Below are positions 23,696-35,480 of a DNA stretch of 64,000 bases, one piece after another; position 1 is the stretch's first letter; every line of letters starts with the position of its first letter. The position numbers and the translations under genes were made by a program. A model generated the notes under the pieces. The model saw only the letters and a list, made by a program, of their open reading frames with translations, was not told where the DNA came from and did not search any database. The DNA comes from Lama guanicoe (Eukaryota): the NCBI GenBank assembly GCA_013239625.1, contig MU054117.1, forward strand, positions 806,001 to 870,000, written 5' to 3'.

Positions 23696-26137
23696 GCTCT
23701 TAAAAATGAGTATTATTTTCCCAAAAGGAGGCAGGAAAAGAAGAAACAACGAACATACGGATTAACAGGAAGCAGCAGCGAGATGACTGACTCAAGCCCG
23801 ACCACACGTCCACGATCGCCTTCGACGCGCACGACGTCAACACCCCGACCAGAAGCCGGGGCCCGTCAGGCTGGGCTTGGGAGCAAGACCCAGCTACCTG
23901 CTGCTTACGAGAAGCCCGTCTTAAACATAAAGACAGACGCGGGTCAAAGGCGGAAAGCTGGAGAAGATACACGACACCGACACGGGTCCAGAGCAGCCGG
24001 AGCAGCCGTGTCAACGGCAGGCCGAGCAGAGCTCAGCGCGAAAACAAGCACCGGAGAAAAGGAGGCTTTCCCTAACGACAGGGACCGGTCCTTCCGGAGC
24101 TCGTGGCCCCACTAACATCCACGCAGCTTTAAAAAGGTTTTAAATGAAGTGGTTGATTTATGCACCTTTTACAGAGCTTCAAAATACACAAAGCTGAGAG
24201 TGTTCTCGGTGGAAGCTGGCAAGCTGATTCTAAAATTCACACAGAAACGCAGAAGACCTGGGACGGCCCGAACAACTCTGATGAGAGAAGAACAGAGCTG
24301 CAGGGGTGGCTGCCACCCCTGATTGCAAGACAGTGTCGAGCTGCAGCAACCAAAACGGCGTGCTCTCGGCGTGCAGACAGACCAGTGGGCCCACAGGACA
24401 GGAGAGGGCACCAGAAACAGGCCCACGCGCAGGCGGAGGCTGACTTCTGACTCAGTGAGAGCGGAGACAAGCCGCGGAGCGGGACAGGGCATTTGCAAAG
24501 CGCGTGTCTGGTGAAGAACCAGCGTCCGAAGCACTGCTGAAGCGCAGGGCTAGGAGAGCAGCCCCCTGCAGAATGGGCCCAAGCCACGAGCAGATGCTCC
24601 CCTGCAGGGACAGAGCTGCTGGGGTCCAGCCCGGGCGGCGCGGCGTGGCGAGGATGGGCAGCGGCCTTGCCGGAGGCCCGGAGGCAGCCAGGTGTCCCTG
24701 CACACGGGCAGCCTCTGCTCCCATCTCACACCAGCCAGCCCCCCTTTTGGAAGGAAAATAACACAGACCCGGGCTCCCGTCCCAGACCTACTGCCCACCA
24801 GCTGCATCTGCTCAGACCCTGCCTCCCACGGCCCAGGGCCTCAGCTTTCTCGCTGAATAAGGAAGTCACTGGGCTCAAGGACCTCAGAGATCCCTTCTGG
24901 CTCCACAGCGCTTATTTCTGGAGTGTTCACGATGACAACTCTCTCCTGAGAGGGCCTGCCCATGACCGCATCGCAGGGAGGGTCTGAGCACCTCACTGTC
25001 CAAGGGGCCGGCTCCCCTGCCGTCTCACCGTCTACAGTGCCGGCTTCCTCTCCCCAGCCCAAGCTTCCATGGCAACACGGTAGCTCCTTTCCCCTCCCGG
25101 CCTGACCGGAGAGAAGGGCCGCTGGGCAGAGGGACTGAGACAGCCGGCTTCCCATGGGCAGCGCGGAGGGCTGGTGGTTCTGCGGGCAGAGGGACGTCAG
25201 GTGGGGTTCTCTCGTTTAGTGGATAAGAGCCCTGTGAGTGGGCGCAGGCGCCTGAAAGCAGACGGAGGTGGCAGGTCAAGGGTGGGAACTGGGATGCGGG
25301 GGCTTGGAGCTGGGATGGAGCAGGTGGGGTGCTGCCGGTGGGGTGCAGGAGAGGGTGGGGGGATGGGGGAAGCCGGGGCAGGAGCATCCAGGCTGCCGGC
25401 CCACAGGACAGTCGTGGGGGCATGAACCTTCCAGGAGGGCACGGCCTGCAAGACACCCCCGCCTCGGGTCCTGGTGAGGAGCCAGGCACGAAGACAGGGT
25501 TAGGGTTAGCTGCCCAGGCGCCCTGTCCCCTGCCCCCGGCACACAGAAACTGATACCAACTGGGGAGGGCAGAGAAAAATTGGGTTTGCTGGGCTCGCAC
25601 TGCTGATGACGGCTGGCCAGCAGGACCGCGGCTACATACCGAAAGCACCACAGCAGCTAATTTTCCACCAGATCAAAATAAATCAGAGAACAAAACCATT
25701 CTGACAGCAGAGGAATGTGGCAATGTGTTAAGAGGTAATTACAGCCTTTTCCTCCTTGTTTCACCCGCGTTTCTGCTGCCGCTGGTGCAGGAACTGAATC
25801 GCAGCTGTCACTCCCTGTCAAGAGGCCCGAGCAGGCTGAAGGAACCGAGCCGGGGCCGCAGAGCAGCCAGCATCCTGGTTGCCTGGGGAGCGGCGCCTTC
25901 TGACAGAGACATCAGTCCCACGCCTGACGCCGGGCGGCCAGGGAGCCGCTTCCCTTCCCAGCCGGGGGCCTCTGTGCCAGCCAGCTCACCATCTGCGGCT
26001 CCCTGAAAGCAAACCCATCCTCTTGCTCCGGACAGGCCGCACCCCGCTCTGTGCCGGCCTTGGGATCCGACAGACCGGGCCGATCTCCAGACCCGCCAGC
26101 TCCCAGTGAGGTGGTCTAGGAAACATCCTGGAAATCT

Positions 26138-26219
26138 ACGGCCTCGGTTTCCCTTCTTGGAAAGGGGGACGTGAACGCCTACCTCGTGCAGTCGTGAGAA
26201 TTAGAAACCGCGCGTGTAA
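26138..26219 (+). mobile_element. MIR 5' part (interrupted by L1; continues ~27049-27100)
   Basis: GGCCTCGGTTTCCCTTCTTGGAAAGGGG...CCTACCTCGTGCAGTCGTGAGAATTAG is MIR core. Confidence 0.75.
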
Positions 26220-27048
26220 TCACTAATCAACAGAGAAACGCAAATCAAAAGTGCAGCGAAGTACCACCTCACACCTGTCAGAACTGCGACCACCAAAAAA
26301 ACACAAATGACAAACGCCAGCAAGGGCGTGGAGGCGAGGGAGCCCTCCTGCACGTCTTGGGGGGGGTGCAAGCTGGTGCAGCCGCTGATGCAGAAAACAG
26401 TACGGAGTTTCCTCAAAAGCTAAAAATAGAACTCCCATATGATCCAGCAATTCCACTCCTGGGTATGTATCCAAAGAAAACAGAAACATTTATTTGGAAA
26501 GATACATGCACCCCAATGTTCACAGCAGCACTATTTACAACAGCCAAGACATGGAAGCAACCTACGTGTCCATTGACAGATGACTAGATAAAGAAGATGT
26601 GGTCTATTTATACAGTGGAATACTACTCGGCCATAAAAAAGAATGAAATAATGCCATTGGCAGCAACATGGATGGACCTAGAGATGATCATACTAAGTGA
26701 AGTAAGTCAGGCAGAGAAAGACAAATGTCATATTTATCACTCATATGTGGAATCTAACAAATAAAACAAATGAGTATAACAAAACAAAAACAGCTCACAG
26801 ATGCAGAGAACAAACTCTAGTTACTGGCGGGGGCAGGGAAGGGGGAGGGACTACGACACAAACGACTCTGTGTCAGCAGATGAGCTGCGAGGACAAGCCA
26901 CATCGTACAGCACAGGGAATTGTACCTGCTCTTTTGTAAGAACTTTAAGCGGAGCCTAACCTATAAAATGGTAAATCACTGCACCATATCCCTGGAACTA
27001 ATATAATCTCACAAATCAACTGCACGTCACTGAAAAGAAAAAGAGAGA
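26220..27048 (+). mobile_element. L1 3' end (ORF2 C-terminus + 3' UTR + A-rich tail), 5'-truncated
   Basis: ORF 26357-26587 reads KLKIELPYDPAIPLLGMYPK..DTCTPMFTAALFTTAKTWKQP, the classic L1 ORF2 C-terminus; 3' UTR and tail follow. Confidence 0.97.
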
Positions 27049-30000
27049 GAGTCATGCACGTGACAGCCGGCACCTGGCCAGGGCCGCCGTGTTCATCCTG
27101 ACTGTGACCACAGCCTTCTCAAGTCTGAAGCGACGTCACCCACGGCTCCTGCGGACCCTCTGACAGCAACCCGGTGAGGACGTGGGGCCTCTGGTGGCTG
27201 GGCTGTCTTGGGACCCTCTCAACGAGGCGAAGCCTCTTCCAGAGCAAGCCTCCTCCTGTTGCCTGAAGGGACGCTCGGCTTGGAAGAATCAGCAGCTACT
27301 TCACAGCTGAATGAATGAGGCGAACAGGAGCCGTTCTCATGAAACTGCTTGGGAGGGCCCCGGTGGACCCCCGGGCTCCTCAGGGCCCTGGGAGACGGCT
27401 GCTGGGTGTCAGAAGTGGGGGACGGGAGGCAGGCCTGCTGCTGTGAGGGACGGAGCAGCACGTCCTCCTCCGCACCGACCTACCCAAGCCCGGGCCCGTG
27501 TGAGGCCAGGCTCCGCGTGAAACCACTGCTTGCACTGGACGGGACCCTTGGGTCAATGGCAGTGCTGCCCAGGGCCAAGGGCAGGGCCTGCATACAGGGA
27601 TGTAGGCGCTGATGCTCAGGGAAGCAGGCCCCTTGCCACATGCCCACCTCTGGCCCGACCAGACCCAGCCTATGCCGTGAACGCCCACCCAGAGCGTCCC
27701 CCGCACAGCCACGCTGGGCACCTGATGCCCAGCCAGCTGGCGGCACCACCAGGCCTCGAACTCAGGCTGGCTCGGGGACCGAGGGTCGTGGCCTGGCGGG
27801 GGGTCGGGGGCCTCTCTGAGGGCCTCTCCCAAGGGTTTCTGTTCTATGCCAAAAGGGGACATACCAGCTCCAGAGCTGCGCCTTGGACTTCAAACTACAG
27901 GCGTTTTGTCCATTTGGGAGAGAACTCGGGAAGAGAAATGAGAGCAGAGGAAAATTTGCTTTTCACCCAAATCGGCATCAGAAGCCTGAACTGAGTTCCA
28001 CGTGCCGCCTGCCTGGGCCCTTCCAGCTGGCCACCTCACAGGGTCGCAGATGACAGAGGCCAAGCAGTGTCCCGTGAGATGCCGCGTCCCCACGGGTTCT
28101 CAGGGTTCTGGGAAGCAGGCCACTTGGCACCCGGCGCCCGGCCCCACCCCTGTCATCCTCACCTCGCCTGTACCCCATGCAGCCAGGGCCTGGCCAGGGA
28201 CGGCGATGACCAGCTGGCCCCTGGGAGCAGTCTGACCAGTGTGGCCTCAGGAGGGCCGGCACGGTCAGCCCTCAGCCAGAAGGACAGCGCTGACTGCCCG
28301 GCTCTGGCTGGGTGGCAGGGCAGGTCCCACAGCACAGACGGACCACGTCCTTGAGGGAGCTTGCGGCCTCGCTGGAGAGCTCAGGCTGCTCAGTGAGTGT
28401 GCCGAGGGCTCCGGGCGTCACCGTGTCCGTAAAGCACGGGGTCTGCACACGGGGGCTGCCCCGTCCCTGCCCGCAGAGAGCCGACCTTCACCGAGGAAGG
28501 AGGCGTTTGATTCTGCCACGGTTTGTGCAAGCTGGGCGGGCCAGTCTCGGGGATGGGATGATCCGACAGCAGGTGACCTCTTAACAGATGCCCTTCTCAG
28601 GAAGGGCCTCTCAGAGCTGAACTAGGCCGACGTGGCAAGCAGGCTCTTGTCCCCTGCTGACACCCCCGCCCTCCCGGGCCCACGCCTGGAGGCCGAGCCC
28701 TCAACAGTGTCTCCCAGGCGCCCCTGCCCTCCAGCTTCCTGTCGGTCTGGTGGATGAGGAAGGAAAGAGAAGCCAGGGCCCTCTGTCCACGCCCACCTGG
28801 TGTGGTCCCCAGGCCTGGCGGTGGCCGCAGCCCTGCGAGACCAGCTGAGGCCCAAGGTCCCTCCCCCCAGCTCCAGCAACCACTGGGCCCCGGGAACACT
28901 ACCTCGTCCCATTAGAAGGTGGTGACAGCCCCCCCGTCACTGGCCCTTGGGCCCCAACAGCCCCGCTGTCCCCTTATCCCGCTGGACACACGCCCTCCCG
29001 TGAGGCCCTTTCAGCGGAACCATCCGTGTAGAATTCCATTTCCCACTGCGATGCCCATTCTTCACAATCGAGGAAGGTTTATAGAGAAAACAGCGCTTCT
29101 GTGGTTGGAAGTCAAGTCCTGGGCTCCACCGTGTTGTGTCCAAACCTGTCCTTGACAGACAACCACCGAATGCCCCCATGACAGCCCGTTTCCACCGCCT
29201 GCAGGGCTGCACGTGGCCCTGAATCCAGGCCCCAGGGCCGCTGACTCCTGCCCCCACCCTGGGCGGGCACCTTGCTCTCCACCAGCAGAGGGGCGCCGCT
29301 CCTTGGGCACGCGTGTGGAGAGAGAGCAGAGCTCAGGCAGGCCTGGCCCTGCTGACCTCCGTCAGCCAGCCTACGAGTCTGCGCTAACCCCTTCCTCTGC
29401 CTGGCTCCGGGACCCCACTCCCTCCCGGCCACCACGGACTGTCCTCTGCACGTGAGGTCACTGCCCACAGCCCCCCCGTCCCCGCACAGATGAGGGCTCC
29501 TTGTCACCGTCAGTGTTTCGACCGAGTGCAAGTACTTAACCCTCTGCCCGTGACATTCCGTCCCCGCCCCCGCCAGGACAGGACAGCGGGCACAGAGCAG
29601 GGCGCCCCGAGGCCTGTGAGCCCAGAGCCGTGGTGGCCTTCACGCCCACTCGGGGAAGGAACACTGGCCGAGGGAAGGAACCAGGTGACCCGGGACAGGG
29701 AGGGCCGGCTCTCCCTCTCCCCCGCCCCTCCTGGAACTGGCACATCCTCGGCAGATGGTGATTCTAGCCCCGTCTCCCTGGGAAACCCGCCCCAGCGCTG
29801 AGCAGCCTCCAGGCCGGTGAGGGCTGGCCAGGCTCCAGCTTGACACCAGGTGCTCCCGCCCCAGGCCCCCCCAGGCCCCCCAAGGCCGGGCGCTTACAGG
29901 AGACCTCACAGGGACCCGCACGGGAGGGTGGACGCCACCAGCCCTGTCACTCCCTCCCGGGAGCCCCTGGCCTCCCACTGACCAGTCTGGGTCCCCACCC

Positions 30001-30819
30001 TGCCAACATTGCCCACAGCCCCCAGCCTGCCACCCCCAAACCTCCCTTTCTTAAAAAGAAACAACTGCCCGAAGCTCAGGGAGTTAACCCATGAGATCCT
30101 CTTGAACTAAAGCAGCTGGGCCGGGGCCCGGATAGTCAATCAACAAACACGGAGAGCCGGGCCTCGTGGGCTCCCGGTGCTCTTTGTTCCAGCCCCAGCA
30201 GGGACTGGCTCCTGCTGGTGACCTGGCCCCCTGGGCCCCTGCCCACTCCCGCCAGGCCCTGAGGGCTGGGCTCTCCTCAGAGGGACCAGCCGTCACCACC
30301 CCCACCCTAGTCTCTCCCTCTTTCAGAACCACCTGAGCAAATGGGGTCCACGGACAAACGGAAACAAAGTGACCTCTCGCAAAAGGCAGGCGCTGCCCAG
30401 CGGGGGCAGAGGCCCCACAAGCCGTGGCTCTGGGAGGGAATCAGAGCCCTGAAGACCCGAGTCTTGGCCACAACAGGGGAAAAAAGCCTCTGCTTTCCCC
30501 ACTCTTCATTTTACGTGCAGTCTGTCCTGAGTGGAGTCAGATGTTTGGCTGGCGCTCCGAGAACAAAAGAACAGTCGGAGAAACAGGCTGGAGGCCGGCC
30601 AGACGCCAGAATTTCCCAAGAACCTCGGGGAGGGGGGCGGGCACCCTTCCCAGATGTGCCGTGGAAGGAATTCGGCCCGGCCCCTCCCTCAGTGCCCCGG
30701 GCAGAGGCATTCCAAGCCTTCCACCCGGGTGGGGAGGCAGGTCCCCTCGGAGACGGAGACGAAGCAGTGGGGGAATTTATTCCTTCGCCTGGGCTCTGTC
30801 AAGCCAGAACTGCAGCCGC

Positions 30820-30900
30820 CAGGTTCTCCCTCTGAGCCTCAGTTTCTCATCTGTGAAAAGAGTGCTAAACCACTGATTCTGCGGGCTGTTGTGAGGGACA
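30820..30900 (+). mobile_element. MIR fragment
   Basis: CTCTGAGCCTCAGTTTCTCATCTGTGAAA...GGGCTGTTGTGAGG. Confidence 0.85.
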
Positions 30901-33900
30901 CAGGACACAGCAGGTTTTGGGGTGGCGGGTGCGGCCCCAGCGGTGCCCTGCTGTCCCCTCCCTGCTCAGTCCTGCCTGCGCCCGAACAGCCAAGGAAGCT
31001 CTAAGGGCCTGTGTCTTGCAGGCTCTCGGGCGGCGGGAAGGAGGGCGGCTCCTCCGTGTCCGCAGAGCCCAAGGCCGAGACGTTCCTGTAGGCAGCTGTG
31101 GGTTGCAGGGGGTGTCTGATGGCGTTACTGCGTGGAGAGGAGTGGCGACCCCGACATAAATGACACAGGGCCTTTATAAGATCCACTGGGACAAGAGGAC
31201 CATGAGGAAGCCAGGGGCCCACCTGCACTCCCTTTCAGTAGGAGACGGGGGCCGAGCGGAGAGGGGACGTGTCATGGGACAGAGGCCGCAGGGGAGGGTC
31301 CAGGGCTCTCATTTCAGGCTCACCCGCTGCCCCGCAGGCCTGAGCTCCGAAATCTCCAGCAGAGAAAGGGTGCTGGGGGAAGCGCAGGGAGGGTGTCGCC
31401 TGAGGGGTGCCTTGAGCAACTGCAGAAGCCGCAGGTTGGAGTCCCTGCCGAGAAGGGACACAGGAGTCCTGGCCCTTGCTGACGTCCATGTCCCCGCGGG
31501 CGGCAGGGAGCTGAGCGGGGCACGGCACAGCACGGAGGGGCGTGCTGTCTCCTTGCTGGGATGCACATCGCACACCTGTGGGCTCGGGGAGGACACACAA
31601 AGAGAACCAGCCTCCGCAGGCTCTGAGCCGCCGGCCGGGGCAGAGGCCGCAGTGCCTCACCTGCAAAGGCAGGCGTCACGATTCTGTCTCGGAGGCCGGG
31701 GGATGGTGGGGGTCCCTCTGCCCACGTCCAGAAGGACCAAGGGCCTCCCAGCAGGCAGCAAGGACGCCGACCCTCAGACTCACTGCCCCCGAAACCCTAG
31801 TGCTGTTGCTCAACCCACCAGGTCACTTGAGGGGAGGATGAGCTCAGCCTGTCAGGCAGGCGTCCTGGAGCTGATCTTTAAGGAGAAATCCAGAGGCTTA
31901 AGCAGGAGTCAAGAAAAAGGCAGCTCAGACAGCTGGAAGGGCAGAGGGGTCTGCCGAGAACAAGTGGGACGGAAGTGGGTTTGGGCAGACGTCTCGGGAC
32001 GGGACAGGGTGGACTCTGGCAGACGGAGAACACCTTGGTGCAGAGCAAAGCCAAAAAAGGCACGATCGGTTTTAAGAAAGTTCTTTCTTGGGGAAGCGCT
32101 GGCTGCCAAGGAATCTGTGTGTCATCCGACAGGGGGAGCCGGATTGCCAAAAGGGCTGGGTGACCTCGGGCTGCCAATCACCCTCCAAACTGCTCTGGCA
32201 GCGCAAGTTCACGTGGAGGGCGGTCGGGAACAGGAAGACGGAGGAGCACGCGGCCGCCTCCGGGCCAGCGCGTTCGGGAGGCGCCTCGCGGCTGCGAGGG
32301 TTAAGTGATTCGCCCTGGGCTGGAGCTTTTGCTGGGAGGGTCCTGTGACCCTCTGGAGCTCAGTAATGCTTCCCGCGTCCGTAAGAAGAGGGGCTGGACT
32401 GGACGCCCGCTCTGTCGGTTCTGACGCTCCGCTGGGCTATTCAGGGACCCGGATCTGCCAGGTCCATCTCCCTGGTAGCTGCAGGCTTCAAAGACAGGCC
32501 CAGGGAGCCCCAGTGCCCGAGGGCTGGTCTAGGAAACACGGAGCCTGCCTGCACCCCCGCCCCAGGGCCCAGCAGAGGCAGCCCCCAGCTCCGGGGACAC
32601 CAGATGCCCACACGTCCATCCAGTCCCAGCAGGGCTGCACCCTCCCGCCCACTCCCTGTCAGAAGGAAGGCTCTGTGCCCCGTCCTCTGCTGCCCACGAG
32701 GGAGCAGCGAGGGCAGGCAGGGGTTTAAACCCAGGGTTTGGGGCTGGTCTGAGATACCCTCTCACTTCTCATCTGATCCCGGGCAGGATTCGGCCTCAAA
32801 GAGCCACCGCTGCTGGGTCTCCCTCACATCTTCGGTCGTGTCCCGTCCTCCCTGCTCCAGCCTGGACCTGTCCCTCATACGGACACCTCTGCTTGGACAC
32901 CTCAACCTGACACGTCCAAACCCACACCTGAACCCGCCCTGGCTCCCGGCCCTCTCCTGCCCACTCGGGTGAGGGCTCTCTCCAGCCCTCCGGCTGCTCA
33001 GGCCCAGAAATTCGAGTCCCCCACACCCGGGGCCCAGGTGCCAGCACATGGTTTCGGCTGAGCTTCTGAAGGACACCAACAATCCAGCAGGCCTCTCCCT
33101 CCCCCGCCATCACCCTGGTCCAAGCTGCTGACCGCTCCTCTGAGGCGCCCGTAACACCAGCGTAACAACTGGTGTAGCTACAACGCTGCCTCCCACGGAC
33201 CAAGCACTCAGTAACGCTCTGTTGAGTGAGCGTAGCCCCCTACCCGCAGGCGCCCCGAGAACACCCCAAAAGCAGAGCCACCCTGCCCCACCCCCCTGAC
33301 GTCTGGTCCCCCACTTCAGACGCCCCCCTACCCCGACCTGCGATGCCTCCTCCAGCACCAGGCTGACCTGCTCTGACCTGACCAGCACGGATGCTGGCCT
33401 GCTCTGAGGTCGGCCGGCGGTGCAGGTCAGTCCCCGGCCCCGGCACCCCGCCACATCCTCATCCTCCATCTGCACCCGCCCCGCAGGTGCCAGCCACGTG
33501 CTCCTGCAACCGCAGGCTGCAGCCGGCACTTGGATGGGTCGCCGTTCCTCTGCTTTTCCCTTGGTGGGAGGAACAGATTGGGGACTGAAAACACACCAGG
33601 TGTTTAATAGATGGGCAGTGGAAAGGGTTTCCAAGCCATGTGCCAACCCAGCAGCTGGCGGCCGCTCAGCCCCCCATCTGCACCATGGCTCTGGACTCAG
33701 AGAAAGGCCACAGAAGCGGCTGGGGCGGCAGCTGACCGTCATGTGGCGTGGAGCCCCCTGATGAGGACAGAGGCTGCCTGTCCCCACACTGACCCCTCTC
33801 CAGTCCGAGGCCTGGGCCTGGCAGGGCTGACGCCCCACGGGGCACCAAGAAGACAGACAGACGGAGGAGCTGACGGATGCAAGGGTTTTGCCTCTCAGGA

Positions 33901-34124
33901 GGAAGGGCGTCTCTGATGCCCATGGAGCCCACAGCCGGCCCTGCAGCCCAGACCGCGTCCCACAGCCAGAAGAGCCGTCCCACAACCGCCTGGAGGGCCC
34001 ATCGATGTGCACAGACCGCCTCCGAGGCCGTCCCCTCGCCGCAGTGGCGTCACAACCGGAGCTCATCCTTCCGTGCTCACCACAGGCAGGGCAGCCGCCA
34101 GGAGCGCGTCGTGAGGGTTTAACC

Positions 34125-34561
34125 CAGTGGTTCCCAAAGCGTGTCCCCGGGAACCCTAGAAGGAACCCTAGAACCCACGTGTCTTCGAGCTCAAAGCTGT
34201 TTTCATAATCATGTTAAGTTGTTACTTTCCCTCTTTGATGCTCTCAGAACGTGTTTTCCAGAGGCCACGTGACAACCGCGCGACACAACAGTGACAGCAG
34301 AGTCGGAAGCCCCCGACTGCTGTTAAGCCAGACACCAAACACACGTCTTAAAAACGTAAAGCAATGTCACGCTTCTCACCAAGGTTTCCTTTTGTTTTGG
34401 AAAACGCTTTTTCATTAAAAAGGTGTTATTTCTGTTAATCCCTCGTGGGCTTTTTTTTACAAATAAGGTTTTAATTTCTGTAAACACTGGTAGCCATAAC
34501 CCACAGACATGAAAACCCTTTGGAGTCCCTGTCCTGAGACCAAAAGTGCTGGGAACCGCTG
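34125..34561. mobile_element. Non-autonomous hAT-Charlie DNA transposon (MER119-like) with both termini
   Basis: Terminal inverted repeats CAGTGGTTCCCA...TGGGAACCGCTG; internal TTTTCATAAT, TTTTCCAGAGGC and TTAAGCCAGACA motifs. Confidence 0.8.
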
Positions 34562-35294
34562 CATGAATGCATCCGGTTCTCAGAGCAGCCCCCCGAGCTG
34601 TGTGCGGTTACGGCCCCGTCTCGGTGAAGGGAACACTGGGAGGAAACGGTGCGGCCAGGATCACAGCACACAGGCCGTCAAAACGCCCTGGAGCCCAGGT
34701 CCCCCCGAGCCACGTCCACACGCTTGGCTGGTACGTGGCACTGACCCTGGGACCGGCCCTGCCCTCCCAGGGCTGGACCATCCACGCTCCCCCGCCAGAC
34801 CGGGTCGGCCCGGCCCCACGCAGGCGGGCACGCCCAGCGCAGCAGAGCCGACCACCTCGCAGAGAGCAGGCCACCCGCTCCCCTCTGTGGGCCAGCGCCT
34901 CTGAGGATGCCTCTCCCCTCCACACACCGGTGTGCGACCTGGGGACACCGGCGGGAGGGGGCTTCTCTGAGTGTGACAGTGAGAACTCCCGAGAAAGCCA
35001 GAACTTGAATCTTAATGCCTTTACTTACAACTTTCCTACCAATTAAAAAAAATAAATTGACTAATTGTTAGTGATAAAATGTTTAACAAGCACAGCACTT
35101 GCTCTCAGTTATAGATACACACCCAGAGCTGACGCAGTTCTTCACCCAGCGCCGCGGAGCAGCTCCTGAGGGTGTGTGTGTGTGTTTAGGACAAGGGTAT
35201 TAGTTTGCCTTATCATGCCTTTAATTTGCTCAGAGACGTCTTAACTCCCCAAATGAAGACATGCTCCCAGCTGGTCTCGGAGGTCGTTTTAAGC

Positions 35295-35480
35295 CAAGTG
35301 GCCACAGCTCTAGCACACGTCAGAAAACCTGGTGGGCTCGTTAGAACAGAAATGATCGGGTCCCACCTGGGGGGCTCTGGTCTGTCGTCTCGGGCACGGC
35401 CCCAGAATCTGAAGTTCTAATAGGTTCCTGTGTGATTTTCGAGGTTGCTGGTTCAAGACCACATTCTTGAGACCAGCTGC
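35295..35480. mobile_element. MER5A-like element
   Basis: GTCAGAAAACCTGGTGGGCTCGTTAGAACAG...GGCCCCAGAATCTGAAGTTCTAATAGGTTCC...GCTGGTTCAAGACCACATTCTTGAGACCAGCTG. Confidence 0.8.

Larger units (their letters stand above)
21650..24545 (+). mobile_element. Fragmented old L1M element: 5' UTR, ORF1 remnant (~22820-23548), ORF2 endonuclease remnant (~23772-24105), later ORF2 pieces (~24205-24545)
   Basis: Starts GACTTCTGCTTCTGGCCAAGATGG. A-rich ORF1-like block includes CCAAGAAGCTCAATGAAC...CACACCAAGGCA. The ORF2 frame translates ...NTPTRSRGPSGWAWEQDPATCCLREARLKHKD..., matching the L1 EN motif QDPxICCLQETH. AAGCTGATTCTAAAATTCA occurs at ~24220. Confidence 0.85.

Noticed and set aside
26357-26587. 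Protein-like ORF (ELPYDPAIPLLG...)
   Set aside because: It is the L1 ORF2 C-terminal remnant of a truncated dead element, not a host gene.
29282-29297. CTCF site CCAGCAGAGGGGCGCC (and a similar one at ~53653-53669)
   Set aside because: It mismatches at core positions, and such matches are common at this GC content.
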